Source: Vicinamibacterales bacterium
GTDB taxonomy: Bacteria; Acidobacteriota; Vicinamibacteria; Vicinamibacterales; UBA8438
Reading direction: 5' to 3'
Length of the DNA stretch: 64,000 bases
Assembly: GCA_965247955.1 (NCBI GenBank)
Contig: OZ252042.1
Location: 608,802-672,801 of the forward strand
A program made the translations under genes and the position numbers. Below, one piece after another: positions 17,353 through 26,958 of this stretch (the first letter of the stretch is position 1; every line of letters begins with the position of its first letter). The notes beneath the pieces were generated by a model. That model was given only the letters and a program-made list of their open reading frames with translations, was not told the DNA's origin and made no database searches.

Positions 17353-19418
17353 TGCAATTCTCCAATGATCCGTCCCGGCCCTGTCTTCTCTAGCAATTTC
17401 ACGGCCCACAACCCACTGTTGAAGTCGGTAAAAAAGATGTTGCCCTTGTAAGGCTGCGGCCCCCATACGAAGGGGGCGTTCGCGACGAAGCCATCAGGAT
17501 CGAATGGAACGAACATGGCGATCTCTCGCCCTTGCTTGTACAGATCACCCATCAGCTCGCCTGAGACGTCAACAACGCGAAGGCCACCAGGGTAGTAGTA
17601 GCCGACGTAGAGCATGTCGTCTTCGACCCACAGATTATGGGAGCCTGCTTCCGGAACCTGATACCGTGCGACTTCCCGCGGATTGTCCCAATCACTCCAG
17701 TCAACAACGTGAATCCAGCCGGCGGTTCGCACCGGCGTGCCACCCCCCTGCGAATCGCGATCGATGTTGCCGTACGGGTACGCCTCGTCCCCAGCAAAAA
17801 GATAGAACTTCCCGGTCGACTTGCTCTTGTACGGAAAGGCCGCGTGATTCCAACCGCTCGGGTAGGCGTAGCGACCCAGCTCGACCGGACGCTCCAGTGT
17901 GCCGCCCTTGCCACCACCCCCGATATCAACGGCCACGATACCATCGGTCCAGTTCGACGAAAATGCCACTCCGTCGCTCACCCAAACGTCGTGAACCCCA
18001 TGCCCAGGGGTGTCGAGCTCGAACTGACCAACTCGCTTTGGATTGCGAGGATCCGCGATGCTGATGACGTCATACCGCCTTCCCGCGCTCAAGGCGAAAA
18101 CGTGATCATCGGAAATAAAGATGTTGTGCACGCCACCGGTCAGCTGATCCGTAAATTCAGAGAGCACTGGAACACCCTCGCGTGGATTACCCACACCGAG
18201 AACGACGAACCCGTTCTTCCGATCAGAAGCACCTTCCCGGCTGATGATCGCAATATCGCCATCTTTGGATACCTTCACATCGTTTACTGTCCGCGCATCG
18301 ACCTGTGCCTCCCGAATCTTCTCGATGTTTGTCGGATCGGTGACATCCCAGATATAGGCGTGACCGTCAGCCCCCCACGTACCGGTGATCGCATAGTCTC
18401 GGCCGTCGGTCCCTTCCCAAATCCACAAGTCAGAGGATCGACGGTCGACGACCTTCCCACGCCCAACCACCTTGACATCGCGCCGTACGTCACGCCGTTC
18501 GATCAAAACTGTTTTCGACGCGGAATGGCTGCCCGTTGTCGCTACGACGGTGTAAGTACCAGAGCGCTCAGCCACTAACCGCCCGTCGGCAGCAATCTGT
18601 ACGGATGCACCAGCCGCGATGATTGTTGGCGATGTCTCGCCGGCCACCCCGAACTGAATCGGGACCCCTGGCACCTTGGCCCCGTTCACGTCCATTGCCA
18701 CTGCAGTAAATAGAATTACGTCGCCCGTCAGAGCTCTGTCGGTACTCGACTGCAACTCCAGCGAAGCAACCGGATTCGCTTCGACTTCAATCTTAAGTGT
18801 GCCGGTCTCATCTTCGGCCGATGCGCTGATCTCGACCGTCCCCGGTTCATTCAACTCAAGGTGTCCGAATTCATCCACGGAAACCACCGAGTCAACGGTG
18901 CTCGAGTAGGTAACCGCGACGTCGTGCCGCGTTGTTCCGAGTGTATCGACCACCTTGACCGAAATCCTCGGACGAGTGCCAACGTAGAACTTCGGCGGAA
19001 CTTCGGTGAACGTTACTCGTTCAATGGCTGGTTGCGGCACTGTGACCTGAATCTCAACCTGAATGATCGCCTCGGCCCGGTTTGCTCTCTCCACCTCTGG
19101 ATCCTCTGGAACCAGCGCAACCAGTGTGAACTGCCCAGGTCGATACGCATCGACCTGGCCCGTCCGCGTCACGCCGACGCTCCGGCGTGCCCTCGAAAAA
19201 TAGACGACTGTCGCATTCTCGACGAGTGTGCCGTCGGCTTCCCGTACCGTTGCTTTGAGCGTGGTCGTCCCGCCAACTTCGAGCGTCAACGAACTCGGTG
19301 CAACCTCGAGCACCAGATCGGACTGTTCCTTCAGTTCTTGCCGTTGGTCTCGAACCTGGGCAACCAGTAACGCACATCCAACGAGAACCCCCACTACAAT
19401 GAAACCGCCTTTCCTCAC
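17349..19418 (-). CDS. secreted protein with N-terminal Big_2-like Ig domains and a C-terminal LVIVD-repeat beta-propeller
   Basis: A GTG start is preceded by GGAGG. It has a signal anchor, then three or four ~90-aa Ig-like repeats (LEV.PS.L.L..G....L.A.V). LVIVD-type blades follow (GVHDVWVSDGVAF, HNLWVEDDMLYVGYY.GGLRVVDVS). Confidence 0.75.
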   Translation of the reverse strand: MRKGGFIVVGVLVGCALLVAQVRDQRQELKEQSDLVLEVAPSSLTLEVGGTTTLKATVREADGTLVENATVVYFSRARRSVGVTRTGQVDAYRPGQFTLVALVPEDPEVERANRAEAIIQVEIQVTVPQPAIERVTFTEVPPKFYVGTRPRISVKVVDTLGTTRHDVAVTYSSTVDSVVSVDEFGHLELNEPGTVEISASAEDETGTLKIEVEANPVASLELQSSTDRALTGDVILFTAVAMDVNGAKVPGVPIQFGVAGETSPTIIAAGASVQIAADGRLVAERSGTYTVVATTGSHSASKTVLIERRDVRRDVKVVGRGKVVDRRSSDLWIWEGTDGRDYAITGTWGADGHAYIWDVTDPTNIEKIREAQVDARTVNDVKVSKDGDIAIISREGASDRKNGFVVLGVGNPREGVPVLSEFTDQLTGGVHNIFISDDHVFALSAGRRYDVISIADPRNPKRVGQFELDTPGHGVHDVWVSDGVAFSSNWTDGIVAVDIGGGGKGGTLERPVELGRYAYPSGWNHAAFPYKSKSTGKFYLFAGDEAYPYGNIDRDSQGGGTPVRTAGWIHVVDWSDWDNPREVARYQVPEAGSHNLWVEDDMLYVGYYYPGGLRVVDVSGELMGDLYKQGREIAMFVPFDPDGFVANAPFVWGPQPYKGNIFFTDFNSGLWAVKLLEKTGPGRIIGELQ

Positions 19419-19792
19419 CCTAAGCCTCCTCTCACTGCCGATTTCAGTCGTCAGTTGCCGCCTGTAAAAATTCTACTGCCGAACACTCTTGCGCCGCTTC
19501 ATCCGCCTCGACACACTCTCAAGAGTTACGCACGACGCTCTCGTCATCACCTTGTTGAGTGACTGGCGAACCTGGATCTCACCAATCCTAACCGCATCAT
19601 TGTAGCCTCGTCACTCGCCCGCAATACGACTTTTAAGGCGTGCTCGCAATTAGTAGACACCTCACTCGTGGTGTGCCTAGTAGCTTCCGCCACTTAGTTG
19701 CTAGCCGCCCTACAAAAACTAGGGCGAAAGTCTGATGTCTTGTAACATCCTTATTTGTATAGGCATAAGAACTAGAAGCGATCTATTTTCGC

Positions 19793-19821
19793 TTGACATC
19801 ACCCTGATACCTCCCTAGAAT
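19793..19821 (+). promoter_or_regulatory. sigma70-type promoter upstream of recA
   Basis: TTGACA (19793-19798), a 17-nt spacer, then TAGAAT (19816-19821). It lies about 70 nt upstream of the recA ATG, which has a GGAG SD. Confidence 0.5.
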
Positions 19822-19890
19822 GCGAAGTCCTGTGAAATGGCGTGCACACTTACGTAATCCCCTAACCACATGCGAAAGACCGGAGCTATC

Positions 19891-20931
19891 ATGCCCGCTA
19901 CCGACCGCGAAGAACGAGAAAAAACCAAAGCTGTCGACATCGCCGTTGGCCAGATCGAGAAGCAGTTTGGCAAGGGAGCAATCATGCGGCTCGGCCAAAA
20001 AGGTGTCGGGGCGGGATTCCCCTGCATCTCAACTGGGGCAATTAGTCTCGACTATGCCTTGGGCATCGGTGGCGTTCCCCGTGGCCGGGTAGTCGAGATC
20101 TTCGGACCAGAGGCTTCGGGAAAAACGACGCTGGCATTGCAGGTAATAGCTCAAGCACAGCATCTTGGTGGGAACGCCGCGTTCGTGGACGCCGAACATG
20201 CGCTCGACCCCTCCTACGCGAGTAAGCTCGGCGTCGACCTTGATAATCTCCTCGTCTCTCAGCCAGATAACGGTGAGCAAGCGCTCGAGATAGTCGAGGT
20301 TCTTGTGCGATCTGGTGGTGTTGATGTCGTGGTGGTCGATTCTGTTGCCGCGCTCGTACCCAGAGCCGAGATAGAGGGAGAAATGGGCGACGCCCAAATG
20401 GGCCTGCAGGCACGTCTAATGTCACAGGCACTCAGAAAGCTGACCGGTGTCGTCTCCAAGTCCCGAACGTGTCTTGTCTTCATCAACCAGCTGCGCCAAA
20501 AAATCGGTGTGATGTTCGGCAATCCGGAAACGACGACCGGTGGTCGAGCATTGAAATTCTACGCCTCAGTTCGTATTGACATTCGCCGGATCGGTGCTAT
20601 CAAGGATGCGGATCGTATTGTCGGCGGACGTACGCGAGTAAAAATCGTTAAGAACAAGCTTGCGCCACCGTTCCGCGTGTCGGAGTTCGATATCATGTAT
20701 GGAGAAGGTATCTCGCGAGAGGGCGACCTCTTAGACCTTGCCATCGACCATCGGATCGTCGAGAAAAGCGGCACGTGGTTCTCCCACAACAACGAACGTC
20801 TCGGGCAAGGCCGCGAGAACGTCAAGAAGCTCCTACGAGAAAAGCCAAAGTTGTACGCAGAGATCGAGCAAAGAGTTCGCAATGAGCTGGGTCTCATGCG
20901 GGAGAAGAAAGCTGAGCCTGCTCAGGCGTAG
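19891..20931 (+). CDS. recA: recombinase RecA
   Basis: [25 protein letters not shown]-like (GPEASGKTT) and a full-length match are present. The ATG at 19891 has a GGAG 6 nt upstream, whereas the track start at 19870 lacks an SD. Confidence 0.97.
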   Translation: MPATDREEREKTKAVDIAVGQIEKQFGKGAIMRLGQKGVGAGFPCISTGAISLDYALGIGGVPRGRVVEIFGPEASGKTTLALQVIAQAQHLGGNAAFVDAEHALDPSYASKLGVDLDNLLVSQPDNGEQALEIVEVLVRSGGVDVVVVDSVAALVPRAEIEGEMGDAQMGLQARLMSQALRKLTGVVSKSRTCLVFINQLRQKIGVMFGNPETTTGGRALKFYASVRIDIRRIGAIKDADRIVGGRTRVKIVKNKLAPPFRVSEFDIMYGEGISREGDLLDLAIDHRIVEKSGTWFSHNNERLGQGRENVKKLLREKPKLYAEIEQRVRNELGLMREKKAEPAQA

Positions 20932-20954
20932 TCCTCTGAAGGCAGGGAGTTACC

Positions 20955-21557
20955 TTGCCGGCTGGCAACACAGTGTTTGATCAGTTGCTCGCGCTTGACG
21001 CCTCCCTATTTCTTCGCATCAACGCCCTTCCCCACCCGAACTGGCTCATGACTGTAATGACCGCCATGAGCCTCGTCACTCGAGGAGCGGTTCTCTGGTT
21101 GATTCTCAGTATTGGTCTTCTCCTATCCCACCGCACCGACTGGTCTGGCGTTTGGCGGATCCTATTGGCACTCATGGTTACTTCCATCGTTGTTTCTTCT
21201 CTGATGAAGCCAGCTTTCGACCGAACGCGGCCCAATGTAACCGAAGCGATCATTCCGGTTGTCGGTACAACACCGACCACGCCGTCTTTCCCATCGGGGC
21301 ACGCTGCAACATCAGCCGCCGGTGCCTATGCCCTGAGTAGGATCTGGCCAGGCGCTGCGCTACCGTTGTGGTCCGCTACCCTTCTCGTCGCCTCGTCGCG
21401 TGTCTATCTTGGTGTCCACTACCCTCTAGACGTCATCGTGGGATTATTCGTGGGACTGGCTTGTGCTTACTTCGTCACGGGAGGAATGGTGTATCGAAGT
21501 GTCAGCGCTACCTCGGCGCTGGTGCGGGGACCGTCAAGGAAGTCGGGGAACCCCTGA
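20955..21557 (+). CDS. PAP2-family lipid phosphatase (undecaprenyl-diphosphatase type)
   Basis: All three PAP2 motifs are present: KPAFDRTRP, PSGH and SRVYLGVHYPLD. It is a polytopic membrane protein. Confidence 0.85.
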   Translation: MPAGNTVFDQLLALDASLFLRINALPHPNWLMTVMTAMSLVTRGAVLWLILSIGLLLSHRTDWSGVWRILLALMVTSIVVSSLMKPAFDRTRPNVTEAIIPVVGTTPTTPSFPSGHAATSAAGAYALSRIWPGAALPLWSATLLVASSRVYLGVHYPLDVIVGLFVGLACAYFVTGGMVYRSVSATSALVRGPSRKSGNP

Positions 21558-21882
21558 CGATAAACAACTGCTCGCCAGCCCTAATCAGTCCAAGCTCCCG
21601 GCGCGCTAGTTCTTCAATTGTTCGAGGCTCCTCACGCAGAGCACGCACGTCTTCTCTGAGTCCAGCGTTTTCCTCTCGGATTTCTCCGATCACAGCCGAG
21701 AGCTCCTTGGACTCGAGCTTGGCACGCAACATCGCAACGAGACCACGCTCCCCGACCAAGGCGTTACCAACGAGAACGACTGTCACTAGGACGAGGACCA
21801 CGCGTGATGCACGCCGCTTGGGAACACGATTCTTGCGAATAACTAGGCGTTCGACTTGAGGATTTAGCGAGGGCTTACTCAC
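21508..21882 (-). CDS. ftsB: cell division protein FtsB/DivIC (septum formation initiator)
   Basis: An N-terminal TM helix is followed by a coiled coil and then ELARRELGLIRAGEQLF, which is typical of FtsB. Confidence 0.85.
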   Translation of the reverse strand: MSKPSLNPQVERLVIRKNRVPKRRASRVVLVLVTVVLVGNALVGERGLVAMLRAKLESKELSAVIGEIREENAGLREDVRALREEPRTIEELARRELGLIRAGEQLFIVRGSPTSLTVPAPAPR

Positions 21883-22011
21883 GTCAGACGTAAGGTACCG
21901 GAGTTTGCGTAAAAGTACAACTCAAACTACCCATAATCTCCAATAGGTTACCGAATCTGAGGCGAAAGTACAAGAAAAACTTTTCTGACACTCTCAGCCA
22001 TTAGGCGCCCA

Positions 22012-23493
22012 CTAGGGCTCGCGCGGATACTCCATCGTGAAGGGATCAGGCAAGGGAATCCGTCTGATTACACCGCTAACGAGACCGTCGAGTGAATAAT
22101 CAGGATTTTCAGGGTCTCCTGACTCAATTGCCTCTAGATTGCCAATCACGAGCAACAGTAGCTGGTCCGGTTTGAGATACTCCTGCGCCACTCGGAGTAC
22201 GTCTTTCGCCGTTACGGTGCTGATTTGATCGCGATAGCTGATGAGATACTCCGGGTCACGGCCCGTATACTCGTCATTGGAAAACAACGTGGCAGTAGCC
22301 CTCGCGCTTGAAAAGTTCCGCGTGAAAGTGTCAACGAACGAGGCGATCGAGTTTTCGAGTTCCTCCTTGGACACCAGCTCCGACCGAATGCGGTTAATCT
22401 CCTCGAGGACGAGCGCCGACGCCCGTGTTACCGTCTCACTTCGAGACTGGAAACTGGCACGGAACGCCCCCTCGTAGTACGTACCGAGCCCAAAACGTGA
22501 ATAGGCGCTATAGGCAAGCCCCTCGTCAGACCGGATGCGGGTTAACAGGCGAGCGCTGAAACCACCGCCACCCAGAATTTCGTTCATCACCGTGAGTGCA
22601 TAACGGTCGGGGTTATCTCGCGTCGTGCCGAGATGTCCGATCGACACCCGACCTTGATTTACGTCCGGCTTATCAATGGTGTAGAGGCCAGGGACCGGAG
22701 CGTATGTCGGCTTCGGCACCGGGAGCATTCCCTCGTCACGGCTTAGCCATCCATCCATCCGCGCTTCTAGCTTCGGTAAAATTGTTTCCGGCTTAACGTC
22801 ACCAGACACGGCGAAAATGAAGCCACCCGGATGATAGTAGCGCTCGTGGAACGCGATCAGATTCTCCCGAGTAATCGATTCAATCGATGCTTTTGTCGTC
22901 AGCCGCGTCGTGAAGTGATCGTCACCACGCAGCAACCTTCCCCATTCACGGCCCTCGATGGTATTTGTGCTGTCGTTCCGCCGCTCCATACGCTGCAACA
23001 TCTGGCTCTTCCCGAGATCGAGTCGCCCCTGATCGAACCGCGGATACCGAAGCATTTCAAAGAAGAGGTCCAAGGCCATATCGAGATCCTTGGTCAGGCT
23101 GTTCACACTCGCACGACCATTCGTGTCGCCGATGTTGCTAGTCAACTGCACCGCGAGGAATGCAGCCTCCTCATCGAACTCACTGGGCGTTAAACTGACG
23201 GTCCCACCAGCCCGCATCTGGCTCCCCGTGAGGTTGGCCAGGCCGATCTTTTCCACTGGCTCCAAATAGCCACCGGTGCGCACTACTACCGAAACGGTAA
23301 CGAGCGGCAACGAGTGGTCCTCAACAACGAATGTGACTACACCATTCGAGAGGGTATGTCGGTACTCCACGGGTGTTGGTGGATCAAAGTGGAGCGGCCC
23401 GAAGAATAGGTCGCGGGGATGCGCTGGAATAGCTTGCGCCGAGGCACTGACGGCCGAACCGACGATGATCAGAAGAAGCACAGCCTTACTCAT
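22012..23493 (-). CDS. M16-family peptidase, non-catalytic-type subunit (no HxxEH seen)
   Basis: It has a signal peptide and an M16 N- and C-domain architecture. It is paired with the HxxEH-containing M16 gene upstream. Confidence 0.85.
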   Translation of the reverse strand: MSKAVLLLIIVGSAVSASAQAIPAHPRDLFFGPLHFDPPTPVEYRHTLSNGVVTFVVEDHSLPLVTVSVVVRTGGYLEPVEKIGLANLTGSQMRAGGTVSLTPSEFDEEAAFLAVQLTSNIGDTNGRASVNSLTKDLDMALDLFFEMLRYPRFDQGRLDLGKSQMLQRMERRNDSTNTIEGREWGRLLRGDDHFTTRLTTKASIESITRENLIAFHERYYHPGGFIFAVSGDVKPETILPKLEARMDGWLSRDEGMLPVPKPTYAPVPGLYTIDKPDVNQGRVSIGHLGTTRDNPDRYALTVMNEILGGGGFSARLLTRIRSDEGLAYSAYSRFGLGTYYEGAFRASFQSRSETVTRASALVLEEINRIRSELVSKEELENSIASFVDTFTRNFSSARATATLFSNDEYTGRDPEYLISYRDQISTVTAKDVLRVAQEYLKPDQLLLLVIGNLEAIESGDPENPDYSLDGLVSGVIRRIPLPDPFTMEYPREP

Positions 23494-23642
23494 CTGGCTT
23501 TCTCTAACTCTGCGAGCCGTTCCAAAAGAATCTCAGCCATCGCCTTCGCCAATTTCTGGCGATCGGTTAGGGCCTGAGCCAGCATCTGATTCGCCTGCGA
23601 AAGAAACTGATTCAGTCGCTCTGCATCCATCTGTGTAATCAT
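23490..23642 (-). CDS. small coiled-coil protein (50 aa) between the two M16 peptidase genes
   Basis: The translation is MITQMDAERLNQFLSQANQMLAQALTDRQKLAKAMAEILLERLAELEKAR. Its TGA overlaps the ATG of the downstream M16 gene (ATGA at 23490-23493). No clear SD is present. Confidence 0.4.
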   Translation of the reverse strand: MITQMDAERLNQFLSQANQMLAQALTDRQKLAKAMAEILLERLAELEKAR

Positions 23643-23676
23643 CGTATGCAGCTGCAGGATTTTCTGTCGTTCCTCG

Positions 23677-25230
23677 TTACTTGAAGCGGCCAGTGTATGG
23701 ATCGTCCTCGTTACCTTCGCTGCCTTGACGATAGTAGATCGCAACAGCCCGGGTCTCAGTCGTGAAATATTCTTGAGCTACACGCATAATATCTTTGGTC
23801 GTGACCGCCTCGTACAGCAGCGGATCGCTATTCAGCGTCTCCCAACCGCGGTTGCTCTCCCTGACAAGGAGCTGCAACATCAACTGAAAATTACCTCTTA
23901 GGTCACGGAAGTTCCTCGCCGCGTTCTGATTCTTAATTTTCTGGAGCTCCCGCTCTCCAACTGGCTCAGTCTTGAGTCGCTCGAGCTCTGCATAAAGCGC
24001 CTGCTCTACCTCTTCAGGGGTCCGATCCTGATGGGCCGTCCCCCGGAACTCGAACATCCCTTCAAAGGCGAATCCAGCCTGCCCCCCGGAGGTTCTCGTC
24101 GCCACATGCTGTTCCTCCACGAGCGCTTTGTATAGCCGACCAGTCCGGCCATTCAGTAGCTGGCTAAGAACGACGAGTGCCGGCTCGTCAACATGGCCGT
24201 CAGGGACCGAATGATACCTGATGACAACCTGTGGATTAGTTTCGGCATTCGCCATCATGCGTTTCTCCGCCAACTGTTCCATCTCACGTGTCCGTGGCGG
24301 TAGCGGGGATCGCTCGCCCCGTTCGAGCCGTCCGAAGTAGCGCTCAGCAAGCACGATGGCCTCAGTGGAATCGAAGTCACCGACCAGCGTCGCCGTAAGG
24401 TTGTTGGGTGCGTAGTAGACGTCGAAGAAGGTAAGCGCCTCCTCACGCGTCATTCCATCCAGGTCACTAGGCCATCCGACCACCGGCCAGCTATAAGGGG
24501 AGGACTCCCAGAACATAGCGTCAAACTGTTCCTGAAACTTTCGTGTCGGCGTGCTGTCGGTCCGAAGTCGCCGTTCCTCGTGGACGACGTCACGTTCTGA
24601 ATAGAACTCCCGAAACACCGGGTTCAACAAACGGTCAGACTCCATCCAGAACCATAGTTCCAGTTTGTTTGCTGGCACATTAATAAAATAGACGGTGTAG
24701 TCGTAGCTTGTGCCCGCGTTCATACCGGACGCACCTTGCCCTGTGTAAATCCGACTGAAGTCTTCTTTAATGGTCAGCTCTTGCTGGCGGGCCAAAATCC
24801 GCTCGAATTCTTTGAGTAACTCACGGTGACGCGGCGTTCGTATATCTGGATCATTTGGATCGTCAATCTGACCCAAACGATGGCTTCGAAGGAGTCCGTT
24901 CTTCTCAAGTTGAATCTCTCCCAACAATGCATCGAGCTCATCGATAATTCGAAGGTCTTCGTCAATGTCCCTAGTCCCAATCGTGTGTGTTCCCTTAAAC
25001 ATCATGTGCTCGAAGAGATGCGCAACACCCGTGATGCCTGGACGCTCATACACCGACCCAACCTTCGCGATCCAACCGGCTGCGATGTTCGGGTCACCCA
25101 TCCGAGGAACTAACAGGATAGTCATTCCGTTGTCGAGCTTATGCTCGATGACCTCAACCTCTTGAGCAGCAGACGGAAGCGACAGAAAAACGACAAACCA
25201 AACGAGCACATAAGACTTTAAGCGTTGCAT
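23677..25230 (-). CDS. M16-family zinc peptidase (insulinase-like), catalytic-type subunit
   Basis: It has the HxxEH motif (GVAHLFEHMMFKGT). A signal peptide starts at MQRLKSYVLVWFVVFL (ATG at 25230, GGAG upstream). The 45 extra codons in the track ORF look spurious. Confidence 0.9.
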   Translation of the reverse strand: MQRLKSYVLVWFVVFLSLPSAAQEVEVIEHKLDNGMTILLVPRMGDPNIAAGWIAKVGSVYERPGITGVAHLFEHMMFKGTHTIGTRDIDEDLRIIDELDALLGEIQLEKNGLLRSHRLGQIDDPNDPDIRTPRHRELLKEFERILARQQELTIKEDFSRIYTGQGASGMNAGTSYDYTVYFINVPANKLELWFWMESDRLLNPVFREFYSERDVVHEERRLRTDSTPTRKFQEQFDAMFWESSPYSWPVVGWPSDLDGMTREEALTFFDVYYAPNNLTATLVGDFDSTEAIVLAERYFGRLERGERSPLPPRTREMEQLAEKRMMANAETNPQVVIRYHSVPDGHVDEPALVVLSQLLNGRTGRLYKALVEEQHVATRTSGGQAGFAFEGMFEFRGTAHQDRTPEEVEQALYAELERLKTEPVGERELQKIKNQNAARNFRDLRGNFQLMLQLLVRESNRGWETLNSDPLLYEAVTTKDIMRVAQEYFTTETRAVAIYYRQGSEGNEDDPYTGRFK

Positions 25231-25643
25231 TCGTGTGATCTCCAAAACGCTACGGCTCTCGGCAAGGCTTCGGCTCAGCCAATCGACAAAGTTCAACCGA
25301 GTCTTGCACAGGATGCAAAGATTTGCACGCTTGATCGCTATGATTAGTCCGCATGACGCTACCACTTGAGTAGTGGCTGGGTAGTGTAATCTTCGCTAAC
25401 AATCTCACACGTGGTAACCATGTAACCACTAACTGCAACGCCTGCCAGCCAAAGCCGAACGAGTGGAAATTGATTTCTGACTTGAAGCACAAGCTAGCGT
25501 CGTGGTTAAGCACACCAGGCACGCCGAAAAACGTTTGCGAGCTATTTGCAAGAAAGGAAGAATCTACCGTATCGTTAGTTAGTGCTGCCGTTCACCGACC
25601 GCACTCCTAACTCGCTAAAGTAGAAGCAGTAGCTTCCCTTAGG

Positions 25644-25719
25644 GCCGAGGTAGCTCAGTTGGTAGAGCACATGACTGAAAATCATGGTGTCGGCAGTTCG
25701 ATTCTGCCCCTCGGCACCA
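25644..25719 (+). tRNA. tRNA-Phe (anticodon GAA), CCA encoded
   Basis: It folds by hand into a cloverleaf. The acceptor stem is GCCGAGG/CCTCGGC and the D arm is GCTC-AGTTGGTA-GAGC. The anticodon arm is CATGA-CTGAAAA-TCATG and the T arm is GGCAG-TTCGATT-CTGCC. It ends in ACCA. Confidence 0.95.
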
Positions 25720-25793
25720 CTTGTTTTCCTCCCACTTGAGTATCGAACGCAGTCCAGTTGCAGGATACGCCGACATGCATCTCATAACATTGC

Positions 25794-26825
25794 TCACACA
25801 AGCAAGTAACTGCTAATCGCAACACCCAAGTACGTCACTAACAGGATGTACCCAAACGGTCGTTTGAGGAGGCCATCCCTTGCCGTTAATGTACCAACAC
25901 GAAAAACTGTTAGCACAACCAACATCGCTGGAAACTGCAACTTAAAGAAATGCGGCTCGGCAACTAATCCAGCAGGAGTAACGGCCGCTGCCGCTCCAAC
26001 AACGAAAAGCACGTTCAAGATATCCGCTCCAATGATGTTTCCAACAGCGAGGTCCCCGTGTCCCTTTAAAGTCGCTGTCACCACAAGCACAAGCTCGGGG
26101 AACGACGTGCCAAATGCGACCACAGTTGCGGCAATAATACTCGGTGGAATCTCCAGTCGTTCGGCTATCTCGGTTGCTGAAGAAATCAGGAAGAATGATG
26201 AAAGGACAACTATAGTCACGGCAACGGCTAGACTAATAAAAGTCTTGATCTCGCCACGAAATCCAGCTTCCAATTCGTCGCGATCGCTCCTACCGCCCCC
26301 CTTCACTTTTCGTGCTAGTTGTATCGACCAACGCATGTAGAAGAGCAGTGCTATCAGAAATACCCATCCACTCGCCTGAGGAAGGAGACCCCCTTTACTA
26401 AATAGATCTCCAAGTGACATCCAAGGCAAGCAGGCCAGCACGAGCAATATCCCACAAACAAATTGCACCCATCCCTGACGGTCGGCGATTACTCTATCGA
26501 ATGGCAAGGGTGAGATCATGCAAGCAATACCCAAAATGAGACCCGTATCGCAAATAATTGATCCAACCGCATTACCTAACGCGAGTCCAGATTCACCCCG
26601 CACTGCAGCTAGAACTGATATAGCGGCCTCGGGCGTCGTCGTGCCTAAACTGACAATCGTTGCACCAACGACAACGCTAGGAACACCCCACTGCAATGAG
26701 ATGGCCACGGCCTTCTCGACCAGCACGTCAGCGCCCTTTCCGAGCGTGAGGAGACTCATTGCGATTGCGGTGACAAGCAACCACGTTGGCCACAGCGAAA
26801 CCAGCGTGTCAAGATACTCAGTCAT
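25794..26825 (-). CDS. CaCA-family cation/Ca2+ exchanger (YrbG-like)
   Basis: It is polytopic, with the two alpha-repeat motifs GNAVGSIICDTGLILG and GNIIGADILNVLFVVG. Confidence 0.85.
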   Translation of the reverse strand: MTEYLDTLVSLWPTWLLVTAIAMSLLTLGKGADVLVEKAVAISLQWGVPSVVVGATIVSLGTTTPEAAISVLAAVRGESGLALGNAVGSIICDTGLILGIACMISPLPFDRVIADRQGWVQFVCGILLVLACLPWMSLGDLFSKGGLLPQASGWVFLIALLFYMRWSIQLARKVKGGGRSDRDELEAGFRGEIKTFISLAVAVTIVVLSSFFLISSATEIAERLEIPPSIIAATVVAFGTSFPELVLVVTATLKGHGDLAVGNIIGADILNVLFVVGAAAAVTPAGLVAEPHFFKLQFPAMLVVLTVFRVGTLTARDGLLKRPFGYILLVTYLGVAISSYLLV

Positions 26826-26958
26826 CGTCTTTTATTAAGTGCCAGAAGAAAACAGTTCTTAGTACACCCTCAATTACTCGCAAGCCTTCCCACGATATAC
26901 CAACTAGGATACGTCGACCAGAAGCCTGTGAATAAGAGGCGAGGACGGTAAAATCAAA

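Noticed and set aside
19740-19890. A canonical LexA/SOS box upstream of recA.
   Set aside because: There is no match to CTGT-N8-ACAG, CGAAC-N4-GTTCG or GTTC-N7-GTTC. Only a non-canonical dyad is present, and it is reported separately.
25250-25522. A 90-aa minus-strand ORF in the ~400-nt gap between the M16 gene and tRNA-Phe.
   Set aside because: It has no SD and no recognisable domain, and it overlaps the leader and promoter region of the M16 gene. The gap may simply hold promoters for the tRNA and the peptidase operon.
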